DNA of 63,838 bases, the filler included, from Collodictyon triciliatum (Eukaryota), in the NCBI GenBank assembly GCA_043381765.1. It is 15 parts of 15 records of this genome, joined end to end, with 100 filler letters (N's around TTAATTAATTAA, not from the genome) between each part and the next. Parts side by side here need not be neighbours in the genome. Positions count along the whole stretch, not along the records: positions 8,955 to 13,329 come from JBHJMP010006171.1; positions 13,430 to 17,917 come from JBHJMP010006172.1; positions 18,018 to 22,398 come from JBHJMP010006173.1; positions 22,499 to 26,871 come from JBHJMP010006174.1; positions 26,972 to 31,237 come from JBHJMP010006175.1; 10 more parts are not named here. One strand, 5' to 3'. The position numbers and the translations under genes are program-made. The notes under the pieces are model-generated. The model worked only from the letters and a program-made list of their open reading frames with translations. It made no database searches and was not told where the DNA came from. Numbering within the stretch: the first letter of the stretch is position 1; each line of letters opens with the position of its first letter. Positions 13,245 through 29,629 of this stretch are shown here, piece by piece.

Positions 13245-14880
13245 GCTATACCCTAGATTTTTATCTGTGCCCCAGTATGATTGTAAATTACGCACAACGA
13301 GGAGCACGAGGGGTAGGGCGGTTTCTTACNNNNNNNNNNNNNNNNNNNNNNNNNNNNNNNNNNNNNNNNNNNNTTAATTAATTAANNNNNNNNNNNNNNN
13401 NNNNNNNNNNNNNNNNNNNNNNNNNNNNNAAAAAAAAACAAAAACAAAAACAAAAACAAAAACAAAAACAAAAACAAAAACAAAAACAAAAACAAAAACA
13501 AAAACAAAAACAAAAACAAAAACAAAAAAAAAACACAGACTATACCAACTGAATATATTCATGGGATAGGGATGGCACAAATCGTATTGCACGAAGAAAA
13601 CACATCGTGGAGAATCAGAAACACCAGCAGCACATATACCATTTGTACAAACATGAAAACATTGAATATATTAAAATACAATGAAATATAATAAGGAAAT
13701 AAAATAATGAAATATACTAATGAAATACAACAATGAAATATAAAAACTATTTAAGTTCGGGTATTGACACGCTGGCCGCCTTGATGGTCAGAGACTTATC
13801 GTCTGCGATATGCGTTGAGATAAAGACGATTTTGTTGAACGATTTTATTTCATACCTCATTTTGTACCGAAATATCATCTTATCGAACATCCTCTCATAT
13901 TTCGGGCACATGTCTCAGCTCCACTCCCCTGATGCATAAATTAGTCACAAAAAGAAAAGGGTTTAAAATGTCTAATGCATGTGATGCTATTAATGGTATA
14001 CTCTGAATAGTGTAGATATGACTACCTCATTCCTGCATTAACAAAGAGCAATACGACCATATTCATTCATCTCTGATGAACTAGTGCCAATGCTTCAAAA
14101 ATAAAATTAATCAGAAATAGAACTGGGTATTTTTTTCAACTAGGTAAATAAATGGGGTGTATATGATGCAGCCCAACCTGTGCAACTTTCCTTGCAGAAC
14201 AGGCCTGGAGATATACGAGGAACCCTAACCTTCTTTTCTTCATTTTGCGATTTGAACCTTCTCGGCCACGTATGGTCGCGACTCGCCCATTTGCTACCGC
14301 ATCATGTCACGGTCATATATTCCAGAAATGAGGAACAATATTCTAGAAGTATCTGGAATCATCTAGAAGTGTCACATCCGTATTCGAAGCAAGAATCCAT
14401 TCACCGAATCATCCAATCAGAAGGTCTTATTCCGAATCCAGATAGAATCTTCTACACACTTTATGACAGGTTGCCCTGTTGAAGAAATTATCTGTGGCTT
14501 TATTCCAGAAGTGGTAACATACAAATACTGGGTTTGTTGCCAAGCAAGAGCAATATAAGCCGCAAGGGGTTTTTTCCAGGATGCAAGGATAATAAAAAAA
14601 AAAAAGCCGCCAGGCTATATAAACAATGCCAGTCATACCTCTTGGCCTAAAGAAAAAAAACATTATCCACAAGCGCAGACTGGCTTAAATTACGGCAAGA
14701 CGAAACGACCATGTTCAAAGCGAGTTGTTCAACATCCGTTCACGAAAAAACTAACAAAATTTTTGAGGACGCTGCCAGAACAACTCTCTAATAGTAACAG
14801 TATTATCTACATAACCTCTAACATTATCTTTCTTACCAAAGAACACCACTACAGAAACACCAGCCCAAAGCCCGAACCAA

Positions 14881-16399
14881 ATGGCCGTCGACACAAGCGT
14901 CTCGTTCCGCTCCTACGCCGCACTGAGTGCCGGAGCCACACTCGAGCCGTGGACCTACCATCCCCGCGTCCTCGGCCCCCGCGACATTGAGATCAAGATA
15001 TCCCACTGCGGAATCTGCGGCACTGGTTTGCTTCCGTTTCATATAAACTTTCTCGTCCAGCCCATCATTTGCCAATATAATAACTCGGCTTTGTGTCCCC
15101 GATAAAAGACCTTCACATCATCGAGAACGGCTTTAAAAACTCCATCTATCCCGTGGTTGCTGGACATGAAATTGTCGGTGAGGTTGTCGCTGCCGGGCCT
15201 GAGGTGACCAACGTCAAGGTAAGTCTCGTACATGATGACTGAAACGCAAAAGTTTATCTTATTGAAGCTAACTATTGTATACCTGACTCATTTGTCGTTG
15301 AAAATTAACCTAGATTGGTGACCGCGTCGGCGTCGGTGCCCAGTGCTACGCCTGCCTAAGGTCAGACTGTACTGACTGCAGTAACAAGGACGACAACTGC
15401 TGTCCCAAGAGTCTCCTCACATATTCCGCTGTGTATGAAGACGGAGAGGTCTCCAAGGGTGGCTACGCCGACCGTGTCCGTCTCTTGTCTGACTACGCTT
15501 TTGTAATCCCAGAAAGCATCCCATCCGATATTGCTGCTCCTCTTATGTGCGCTGGTGTTACGGTCTTTGCTCCTTTGAAGCGGTAAGTCCTTTGACCTTA
15601 AGCGCGGCATTCACTTCCTACTCGTTACGTAAGACCAATCAACATAACCCGTATTTAACTGATTCCCTATAGCCACGGAGTCAAGCCCGGTGTTAAAGTA
15701 GGAATCATCGGTATTGGAGGTCTCGGCCATCTCGGAATCCAGTTTGCCAGGGTAAATTTCTGACCTTCTCTTTATCCTTCAAAGAATCACGCTGTTTCAA
15801 ACTTGATGAACAACCACCACATTTCATAGTATTAATTTGCAATCCAAAACCACCAGGCTCTCGGTGGTGAGGTCACTGCCATCTCCCACTCGGAGAAAAA
15901 GAAGGAGGAGGCCACCAAGCTCGGAGCTCAGCACTTTATCAACAGCAGTAACCCTGCCGAACTCACTGCAGCTGCAAAGAGTGTAAGGGAAGCACACCTA
16001 CTCTAACTTTTGGTTCGAGTTAGTGGTGTCTTATCAACCTTGACTCACATTTAACCACACATCTAGTTGGATGTCATCCTCGTGACGGCAAACAGCAACG
16101 ACATGAACTGGGGCGGATACATGTCGCTGCTCCGTACACACGGCAAAATTATTGTCAATGGCATCCCAGAGGAGCCCATCAAGGTCGCCCCCTTCAACCT
16201 CATCATGAGTCAAATTGGTCTTTATGGAAGCTTCATCGGCTCCATAGAGGAAATCAAAGACATGCTGCACTTCGCCGCCGAGCATAACGTCCGCCCGTGG
16301 ATCGAAGTTCTGCCCATCCAGAAAGTCAACGCGGCTGTTGAGCACATGCGCGCTGGTAAGGCTCGCTATCGCATCGTCCTCGAAAACAAGTTTGACTAA
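14881..16399 (+). CDS. Zinc-dependent NADP alcohol/aldehyde dehydrogenase (CAD/Ahr-like MDR family), complete; exons 14881-15025, 15109-15218, 15314-15582, 15673-15751, 15857-15982, 16067-16399
   Basis: Motifs CGICGTDLH, GHEIVG, GDRVGVG, structural-Zn cysteines C-x4-C-x2-C-x7-C, APLMCAGVT, GIGGLGHLG, GSFIGS and KARYRIVL. All five introns are GT-AG and in phase. Confidence 0.95.
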
Positions 16400-17487
16400 G
16401 GCGCAGTACCACCGCGCACGGCCCTGAAGGCCAAACTGGTGCCCTTGTCTGTCGGCCTCTCAATTTAGCCGAAAACGCATGTCACTTTCGAACCGCGTCA
16501 ATATCTTCTTTCTTGGCTTGGCTCTAGCAACGCTACAGTCACTATTTTCATGAATCATCCCTATTGCCTATTTTCTACAAAAAAGTTCCAACCCTATCTT
16601 TTGTTACCACTATCTTACCATGATGAACGCCACTTCATGTGAGCAGAGAAGTACTAAGTTTTCCGTGATTTGAATAAAGCATCAATCCCTCACCAAATAC
16701 CCGTAAAATGCGCGCCGTATTCTAAATTCTGTGAAGAATACGCTGCGCAATTCACTTGTGGATTACAAGAAATCGTGTGACTAACTACTGATTTATTTGG
16801 CCACCGCAGCATGTTTTGATTCATTCTGGGTTATTTGGTGTGACCCAAATAAAAAAAAGGAAAAAGAAAGACACTCACGACTCAAGGCCCTCTGCTCCTT
16901 GACATCGAACTGCACCCCAGCCATGCGTGTGTAGTACGAACGATGGTATAGACGTGAATACATGATTCGGCCACGAGGCCGTTTGGATTGCATGACTGCA
17001 TGTCACAAAGCCAGAAAAAAAGAAAAAGAAAAAGAAAAAGAAAAAGAAAAAGAAAAAGAAAAAGAAAAAGAAAAAGAAAAAGAAAAAGAAAAAGGAAAAT
17101 AGAATGAAGAAAAGAGAGAAAAAAAGAAAAAGAAAAAAGAAAAAAGAAAAAAGAAAAAGAGAAAAAGAGAGAAAAGAGAGAAAAAGAGAGAAAAAGAGAG
17201 AAAAGAGAAAAAAAAGAGAGAAAAAGAGAGAAAAGAGAAAAAAGAGAAAAAAGAGAAAAAAGAGAAAAAAGAGAAAAAAGAGAAAAAAGAGAAAAAAGAG
17301 AAAAAAGAGAAAAAAGAGAAAAAAGNNNNNNNNNNAGAGAAAAAAGAGAAAAAAGAGAAAAAAGAGAAAAAAGAGAAAAAAGAGAAAAAAAGAGAAAAAA
17401 GAGAAAAAAAGAGAAAAAGAAAACATTAAAAACATAGAAACGGATTACATCAGCAGAACAATAAGTATAGGGCACTATATTCATAAT

Positions 17488-17917
17488 ACTTTTACTGCCT
17501 GCACCTCGACTCACTGGAGAGTATATGTTGCACCTTCATTACAACAAAGAGACACCAATACAAAATCAAAACACTGATTAAGCTACCCACAGAGGGAGGC
17601 GTCGGACTCATCACACCCAAAACCGCATGGATATCACTGACCATGAAGTGGTGGACGGACATGTCCATGCAGCCGAAAGGGTTTTGGCAAACTGTGGTGT
17701 AGAAACTCATCACCAAACTGTGTGCAGACTTCAAAACACAGTTGCAACAAAGAACAATCCCACGACCACCTCCAAACACACCCGAGCCTTTACTCTCGCG
17801 TTGGCAGATTCTGTATACTCACTGCGAAATGACAATACCCCTGAACGAGCCATTGGCAGCAGGACAAATATGCTGGGACAACCAGAAAGGCTTCTGCATC
17901 ACCAAACAGGTTCACGA
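17488..17917 (+). mobile_element. Degenerate non-LTR retrotransposon fragment (L1/Tx1-like ORF2, region C-terminal to RT)
   Basis: Frame reads YFYCLHLDSLESICCTFITTKRHQYKIKTLIKLPTEGGVGLITPKTAWISLTMKWW...VV*KL. The GGxGL motif after a proline is characteristic of L1-clade ORF2 downstream of RT. One in-frame TAG; A/C-rich sense strand. Confidence 0.7.
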
Positions 17918-18017
17918 NNNNNNNNNNNNNNNNNNNNNNNNNNNNNNNNNNNNNNNNNNNNTTAATTAATTAANNNNNNNNNNNNNNNNNNNNNNNNNNN
18001 NNNNNNNNNNNNNNNNN

Positions 18018-18091
<74 letters not shown>

Positions 18092-18104
18092 TTTACCTTC
18101 GTAG

Positions 18105-21994
<3,890 letters not shown>

Positions 21995-22915
21995 GTAAGT
22001 CAAAGTCATCATCTATTCAACTATTTATTTCATAATATCTCTTAAATTAATCTTAGTTTTAAGAGATAAAAACATGAAAGAAAGGAAAGTGAACCTGTGT
22101 AAAAAAGGGCTTACCGTGTGTGTACACATAATTTAGGATACAAACCTTATCAGAAGAAGTATGTCCTTTAGATGCAACTTACAAATACCCTCTCGTAAGA
22201 TTCTTAAAATATTAATATATTTGAAAGAAGCTGAAGTCCTATAAACGAGAAAAGAACAAGAAAGTAGAAAAGAGAAAAGAAAACAGAAGACGAAAAGAAA
22301 AAGGAAAAGGAAAAGGAAAAGGAAAAGGAAAAGGAAAAGGAAAAGGAAAAGGAAAAGGAAAAGGAAAAGGAAAAGAGAATATGAAAAGGAAAAGGAAANN
22401 NNNNNNNNNNNNNNNNNNNNNNNNNNNNNNNNNNNNNNNNNNTTAATTAATTAANNNNNNNNNNNNNNNNNNNNNNNNNNNNNNNNNNNNNNNNNNNNAA
22501 AGAAAAATAGAAAAAAAGAAAAAAAGAAAAAAAGAAAAAAAGAAAAAAAGAAAAAAGAAAAAAAGAAAAAAAGAAAAAAAGAAAAAAAGAAAAAAAGAAA
22601 AAAGAAAAAAAGAAAAAAAGAAAAAAAGAAAAAAAAAGAAAAACAAAAAAGGGAAGGAAAGGAAAATGAATCGAACACCCCAACGCCACCCAAAAATACA
22701 TACCCAACTACGGATAAAGCACGTATAAAACAGATAAAACACTCGCAGACACAAGATGCAGTCATTTTCAGGGTGCAATGGGTTTGCAATTTTCGACTTT
22801 TATTGATTTCTGTCTTGTTTCTCTCTTTCTTTTTTCTTCTTTCTTTTATTCGATTCAAAGATTTCCGTTTAGTTTCTAACCTCTCTCTGTGCGAGTCCCT
22901 CTCTTGGTGTTGATG

Positions 22916-25900
22916 TCATTTGGTAGCGGGTTGGCGTGGGGATATATGCATCAAAGGACCGAATATTTTTTTCTGGATGCGCTTGTGGTTTGTATTGAGT
23001 TCGAATATCACGCTCGCTTTGTTTTTGAACACCAGCCGAAGATTCTGAGACAACCACGTCCGATTGACCGGAGCCCCTTCCACCCATACAGCGGGATTCC
23101 TCAGGGGAGATACCTACACCGATAGAAGAAAAAAAAAACACAGTTACATTGACTTCCTGTTCATTTTGTGCTTTTCTTCATATGTATATTTCAGATGAAG
23201 TTATACATGTGATAAATCGAGCAACTTTATGTTTGTGAAACTCTTAACAAAATCAAATTATTATTATTATTATTTTAAAAAGGAACATATATTGAATTTG
23301 GGCAGGAACTAAAAGCAAACAAGTACTTCGATATAGCCAATTCCGTAATACTTGCAAATCTCCAAGGCTTCGCTATCGCCTGTGACCACTTTTCTTACCC
23401 ACTAGTATAAAAGAGACAAATGATAAAACTATTCGCATTATTCTATGAGACAACATCATCCTTTTAATTCCAAAGAATAACCAAAGAAAAAATGGTTCCA
23501 CACAGAGGATAAAGAGAAAAAAGAAAAAAAGAAAAAAGAAAAAAAGAAAAAAAGAAAAAAAGGAAAAAAGGAGAAAAGAAAAAGAAAAAAGAAAAAGAAA
23601 GAAAAAAAGAAAAAGGAAAAAAGAAAAAGGAAAAAAGAAAAAAGAAAGAAAAAAGAAAGAAAAAAGAAAGAAAAAAGAAAGAAAAAGGAAAGAAAAAAGA
23701 AAGAAAAAAGAGAGAAAAGGAAAAAAAGGAAAAAGAAGTGAACGACGGCGAACCCTCTCTTGCAGCTCGTAGGAAAGACCTCGGTTTTGAAGCCAGACTT
23801 TATAACCCATGATGACATTTCTCCCAGCCCAAGCCGTGATTGGGTGGTTATAATGCGGCGGTGGAGATGCTACGTTTTCATAGTATTAATCAGTTTTTAC
23901 AGTACAGTTTTTTTCTATGGACGCTTAAGGAAGGACACATATTTGCATAGTTTTAGACATAACACATAGGATTATTATGATTATTTTTTTTTAAAAGAAA
24001 AGACACCTAGCATGAACAACGAATCATGCGGCGTCTTTTCCCTTACCCAATTACCGACTTCAATTTGATCTTTATCTAACAGAGTGACGGTCTTTTCGTA
24101 TGTGTACATAAATTGCCCCATTTAGACCAATATTACATATAATCAAAGTAAATTTACATAAGGCATGGTTTTATACATACATTCGTGAGTTCATTTGTTA
24201 TTGTGTTGAATCCATCCCATGTCAAAAGGGTTGTAATGAAAATAGCGATCAGACGATACTGAGCTCGATAAATTATGTTATTTTTAAATTAATGTATAAT
24301 AAATCATTCAAAAATAGGAGTATATATATTAATTGCTATGACTTTCATTGTTGCACTAACGCGTCAATCACATAAAATCATACATTCTGATTTTTTGACA
24401 TTAGACTTGCCAAGTAGCTTCCTATGGCAATAGCGAATCCAAAGAATCCCATATAAAGAAACTGTTCATTACAATTAATATTATCATTTTTTTTAAAAAA
24501 AAACCATTCGAGATTAAGAAGAGATGCCTATATGTGGATATCATTTGTTGATGCGATGATTACTAGGGCTCACCTTAACGTTTTCTAGATGTGATACTTG
24601 AAATTTCAAGAAAGAGCCAACGAAAAATAAAACAAAAAAGGGGATGATGAGCTTTTTTTGATGTGTAGACATAGTCCTCCATGAAAAAGCCAGAATGACG
24701 ACATGGAAACCAATACAATTCCATAGCCAGGATATGAATTTCCCGTCCTATTATTTGTTAATGGAATTTTAACAGATGGGATATGACATGACTGTGAAAA
24801 TGAACGAAAAAGAAAAGAGAATATTCTACATCAAAGTATTTTGTGATAAATTTGTGTTGAAAAAGTGAAATATTGAGGTGATATATATATATATCCAATC
24901 GAAGGAAGTTTGAATAAAACATAAAATACCTTTACTGTAGCCCACATTGGTGTAAATGATACAAAATCAGCATCTGATGACCCATCGATAAAAGATGCCA
25001 GCTTAAAAAAATACCGGTAAAAAGAAAATTTAAAGTCAAGCGACACTAATAAAGCTCTAGCGACTAAAGGAGTTTTGTACGTGAATTAGGGGTGTCATCT
25101 CTTGATAGCATAAATCAGGTGCTTACTTGAGGAAGTCCCATGAGCAAAGCTGGACCTGTAGTAAAGATCACGTCTTGGATAAAGGTCATATTGAAAGGGT
25201 CGCTATGATTCATAGTTAATTATATATATTTTAAAAAAACAGCTTATTTCCTGCAAAATAACAATATAAATACCAACAAACGATTAATTGAGAATTAAAT
25301 CAGTTAAATGCGTATTCATATGACTGCAGCTTATTCTCTCTCTTTCTCTTTGTTTCTTTGTTTCTTTGTTTCTTTGTTTCTTTGTTTTTCTCCCTTTCGC
25401 TTAAATGGTTAGTCTTCTTTTTCTTTTTCACCAAAATCAGTTCATGAATTCAAAAGTTTTTTTTACATAGTGTGTCGTTCATAATCGGAAACAGACTTAC
25501 CTGATTTGCAGGAAATGCAACAGCAGGTAGACAGATGCATACACCATATATGCCAAAAAAGCAAAAGGGTTTAAATATGGAGACAGTCCCGCAAGGAGAC
25601 TAGCCAGCTGCATCAACCGCCAGCGAATCTGTATCTTTGTCGCTGTAATAGCAGACCACAAGGCAGACAAAGACCCCAAAAACAACACATACGCATAAAC
25701 CAGACGGGAATCCGGGAGGACGACATCTGTAGTGAAGGACGTCCAGAATGCGGGGGCTGGACTAAGCAACAGAGGCTGATTCGGAGGGAAATACGGAGCC
25801 GAGGCGGCAAAGACGGTCAGAAACAAAGGCAGGGTCGTGAGGACAGATAATGGAGGAGGATGGAAGAAAGAATTGGTTCCCTCGGCCATGTTGCCGATAA

Positions 25901-26690
25901 TCACAGTTCCTGGGTTGTGATTGTATCTGACAGTCAGGCCCACAAACAGGATGCAGAAAGCGACTATTGCTGCGGCATGCAAAAGAGTCAGGGCGGTGTC
26001 CAAGGCCAGCCCGGAGCGTGCAAGGACAACCGAGTAGGCATCCATGATGTGAGTTGTGAGGAGGCGATCGTTGAAGAGCAAAGGGTTCGTGGTTTTAAAG
26101 AGATTCAGATCCTTCGAGTTGGCGCCGTACATGAAGCTGTGAATCAGAGTCAGGCGATGGGCCATGGGGACGGCGGAAGTGCGGCCCACAGTGACCTTGG
26201 CAATCCTTGCACCGTGAGCCTGCAGGACAAAGGCGGGCGTGTGGAACAAAGCCCCGGTCCAAAGCACACCCAGGCACGCGAGAAAAAGAAGGATGCCGCA
26301 CCGCTCCAGTCCACTGCGGGGCAGCTTCATTGCCAGACTCGGCTTCGGGCTGCTTGCCAGCAGATTCCTTTGAGAAAAGGCCCAAGCAAAAGCCCAGTGC
26401 ACTAGCAGGCACACAAGCAACTCGTGGCGGGAAAGACTGAACGGCTCCGACCCGCCAAAGAGGGTGACGTTCCAGAGACACAGCCAAGCAGCACTCGCAA
26501 TGCCTGCTGCCAGTCCGATGCTCGCGCACTCGTAAAGCTTCAGAGAGGCCCACAAATCGCACAGGCCGAGCAGGAGCGTCCAGGCTGCTGTTGTGCCTGC
26601 CAGGGCAAGTGCGGCGGCGAACATCGGGAGGCGGTTTCCTGCTTGGGGTTGGGCTGAGTTGCCTTCTTGTGGTTGTTGATCCGCTCCAAA
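22916..26690 (-). CDS. Polytopic membrane protein resembling uncharacterised GT-C-like glycosyltransferases; 5'-truncated, about 10 exons
   Basis: A ~1.2-kb hydrophobic exon (HSFMYGAN...NPLLFNDRL), further TM exons, then soluble C-terminal exons QIEVGNWVREKTPHDSLFML|ASPPPHYNHPITAWAGRNVIMGYKVWLQNRGLSY and VNRTWLSQNLRLVFKNKASVIFEL...TK*. Confidence 0.6.
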
Positions 26691-27477
26691 CTAGTGCCGT
26701 CTCTTCCTCTGGGTTTTCTCAGTTTCTTCATTTTCTTTCTTTTTCTTTTTCTCTTTTTCTCTTTTTCTCTTTTTCTTTTCTCTTTTTCTTTTCTCTTTTT
26801 CTTTTCTCTTTTTCTTTTCTCTTTTTCTTTTCTCTTTTTCTTTTCTCTTTTTCTTTTCTCTTTTTCTTTTCNNNNNNNNNNNNNNNNNNNNNNNNNNNNN
26901 NNNNNNNNNNNNNNNTTAATTAATTAANNNNNNNNNNNNNNNNNNNNNNNNNNNNNNNNNNNNNNNNNNNNAAAAAAAGAAAAAAAAGAAAAATTGAAAA
27001 AAAAGAAAAAAAGAAAAAAAGAAAAAAAGAAAAAAAGAAAAAAAGAAAAAAAGAAAAAAAGAAAAAGAAAAAAGAAAAAAAGAAAAAAGAAAAAAAGAAA
27101 AAAAGAAAAAAACGAAAAAAAGAAAAAAACGAAAAAAAGAAAAAAACGAAAAAAACGAAAAAAAGAAAAAAGAACAAAATAGAGAGAATTCAAGAGAAAG
27201 TGGGGCATGAATGCATCAAGAAGAAAAAGGAAAAGTGAAAATTGTGTTTCCCCCATTAATTAACCGTATTACACACAGAGCGATCAATAATCAGGGTTGA
27301 AAAAAAATTTTTTTTTGTCATAGTTGTTGGTTATTTAATATTTTTAATCAGTATTAATACTTTCAGAACTAGTATAAAAACATGCGGCCAATATAAAATA
27401 ATATCAAAATATTGTCGCATCATGAGGAATGGTACATGAATAAAAAAATTTATCGAAACATTCGAGAAAGAAATAAC

Positions 27478-29230
27478 CGATTTTCATCCTTCTCGATTCA
27501 CTCATAGCATCATCTATCCCAGTATTTAGATATCTCATTTCATCTTCAACAATCCTACTGTACGTAACCCATATCTTGGACAGGACTTTGCCCCGTTCTA
27601 CACAATGAATTCCAACCTAAATTTGTATCGAATTTTAATCGATGATGTATCTTACATTTTCCATTTGTTAATGATTTATTTAATATCTCTCTCAAAATGA
27701 ACTATTCAGGACCTGGCGAATAACCTCGTTCATACAATTTTGGCATGCAGTTAGGGATGCTTGAAATTGGCCTGATTGATATGTATGTAATAAAAAAAAT
27801 TATTAAAAATTTTGGACACGAATGAAATAAAACCAAATATTCACGAATTTTATAAAGGATTCATATATATATTCAAAACCTGCTGAATCCCCTATCATTT
27901 TATCGAAAGATTTTTCGAGTAGAAGAGCTTCGGATCGATTGCTTGGGTCTGTTGAAGGGAAAATTTTGACCTTCTTTCCTGTAGCTAAGGTGTCATCGTA
28001 TTTGTTATTTAAAAAAAACTCTGTCGATATCCAAAAAAATATATGAAAAAAAGCGACAACTAAATGATTGAGCTCAATATCAAAAACGAAAGGTTTTTTT
28101 TTTGACATTGCAATGTATATTTCGTAATTTATTTCGAAGTGAATATATAAAATCATGAGGATAAACTCACATTTTCCAGTGATTCCATCCGCAAGGTCTT
28201 CGAAAACATGATATCTTTCTGGGATAGTGGAGTCGGGTATGATAAAGTCCACATCAGAGCTTTTTGCAGAAATTCCGTGCCCATGGCGATCAGATATCGA
28301 TGATATTTCCTGGAATGTTAAAGTATTGAACTAATGTATCATAAAAAGAAAATCACGTGCTCATGGCATTGATCGATACAAATTGATCATGGCCACATCG
28401 ACCTTCTTGGGGTGCTCTTCTAGAGCCTTTGCGATCTTTTTCGTGTAATTATTTGTTGGTGGACGGGCAACCAGCGATGAGACCTTTCCGAGGCGAGAAA
28501 AGTCAGGAAAGGCGACTGCAAACTTTGGTGGGACATCAATTTGAAGTCCGGTCGAAGATGCATCTTGTTTGGACAGTTTCACACTTTTGCTGGAGTGACC
28601 TTGCGATGGAGAAGGCGATGGCGACACTAATGATGATTGTGTTTGTGCTGTCTGGACGGCCTTCTGCTTATAAAATAAAGAATACACAGCGATGAATAGT
28701 ACACAGTCACAGTTGACACATATATAGCAACCAAGAAAAATGAAGCATTAAGATAGCGTCCGATAGCTTTGAATTGAATTAAGGGGAAAAAAAGATTATT
28801 TTTTTTTAAGGGGAAAAAAAAGATAGCGTCCGATAGATTAGAGATGATGCCGCTTCCTTATGCATCAATCATAGGTTTGATTACCTTTGGTGTGATTTCC
28901 GGCGCTTTTTTACTTGGGAAGGAGTCGACATAAGGATTGTAATCTGAAGTGCGGTGTCCCTGATGGTTTATCGCATATTTAGAGACATTATATGGTAAAA
29001 GAAAAAGAAAAAGAAAAAGAAAAAGAAAAAGAAAAAGAAAAAGAAAAAGAAAAAGAAAAAGTAAAGGAAAGGAGAGGATAAGAACAAGAAAAGAGAGGAC
29101 TTGAAGGTACCGATGATTTTTGGCTATTGTCCTGGACTTGGGGAACTGCATTCCGTGCAATTGGTTTTGGCTGGGAAGTGGGTCGGGGACTTTTATTCGT
29201 TCCCAACGACTTAGAAGAGGTTGAAAGCAT
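27478..29230 (-). CDS. Axonemal dynein light chain domain-containing protein (AXDND1-like), 3'-truncated
   Basis: Spliced IPERYHVF...NNKYDDTLATGKKVKIFPSTDPSNRSEALLLEKSFDKMI and CMNEVIRQ|VGIHCVERGKVLSKIW. The latter matches the p28/DNALI1-family motif ELIRQVxxxCxERG. The N-terminus is low complexity. Confidence 0.7.
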
Positions 29231-29629
29231 CGCCTCAAGGCAACTTAAACTATATGTGGTTTTTTTTTTTTTTTTTTTTTTTGCCAGATACACGTACCAA
29301 GTTGGGAAGGAAAGAAGATGCTTTCCATTTAGATAGTTTCTATCTTCCTCTCTTTTCTCTCACTTTTTTCTTTTTCCCTTTCTCCCTTTTCCCTTTTTTT
29401 TTTTTTTCCTTTTTTCCTTTTTTCCTTTTTTCCTTTTTTCCTTTTTTTCCTTTTTTCCTTTTTTCCTTTTTTCCTTCGCTTCTTCTGTTTTCCTGTATTT
29501 TCCTGTATTTTCTTCTTTTTTTCTTCTCACGATTATTGCTTTGTCTTTCCCGTCGTAACTGCGCCACTTCGCGGATCGAGCAGAAGGCCAAAAGCAACTA
29601 TTCTACCCAAAACCCTTTTTCTTTTTTTA

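Noticed and set aside
9018-13377. Many + strand ORFs overlapping the giant ORF
   Set aside because: Antisense shadows of a biased coding strand; S/L/F/C-rich with no motifs.
28751-28836. Direct repeats agatagcgtccgatag and ttaaggggaaaaaaa(a)gat inside an intron
   Set aside because: Short local duplication with no terminal inverted repeats or coding capacity; slippage or gap-closing artefact.
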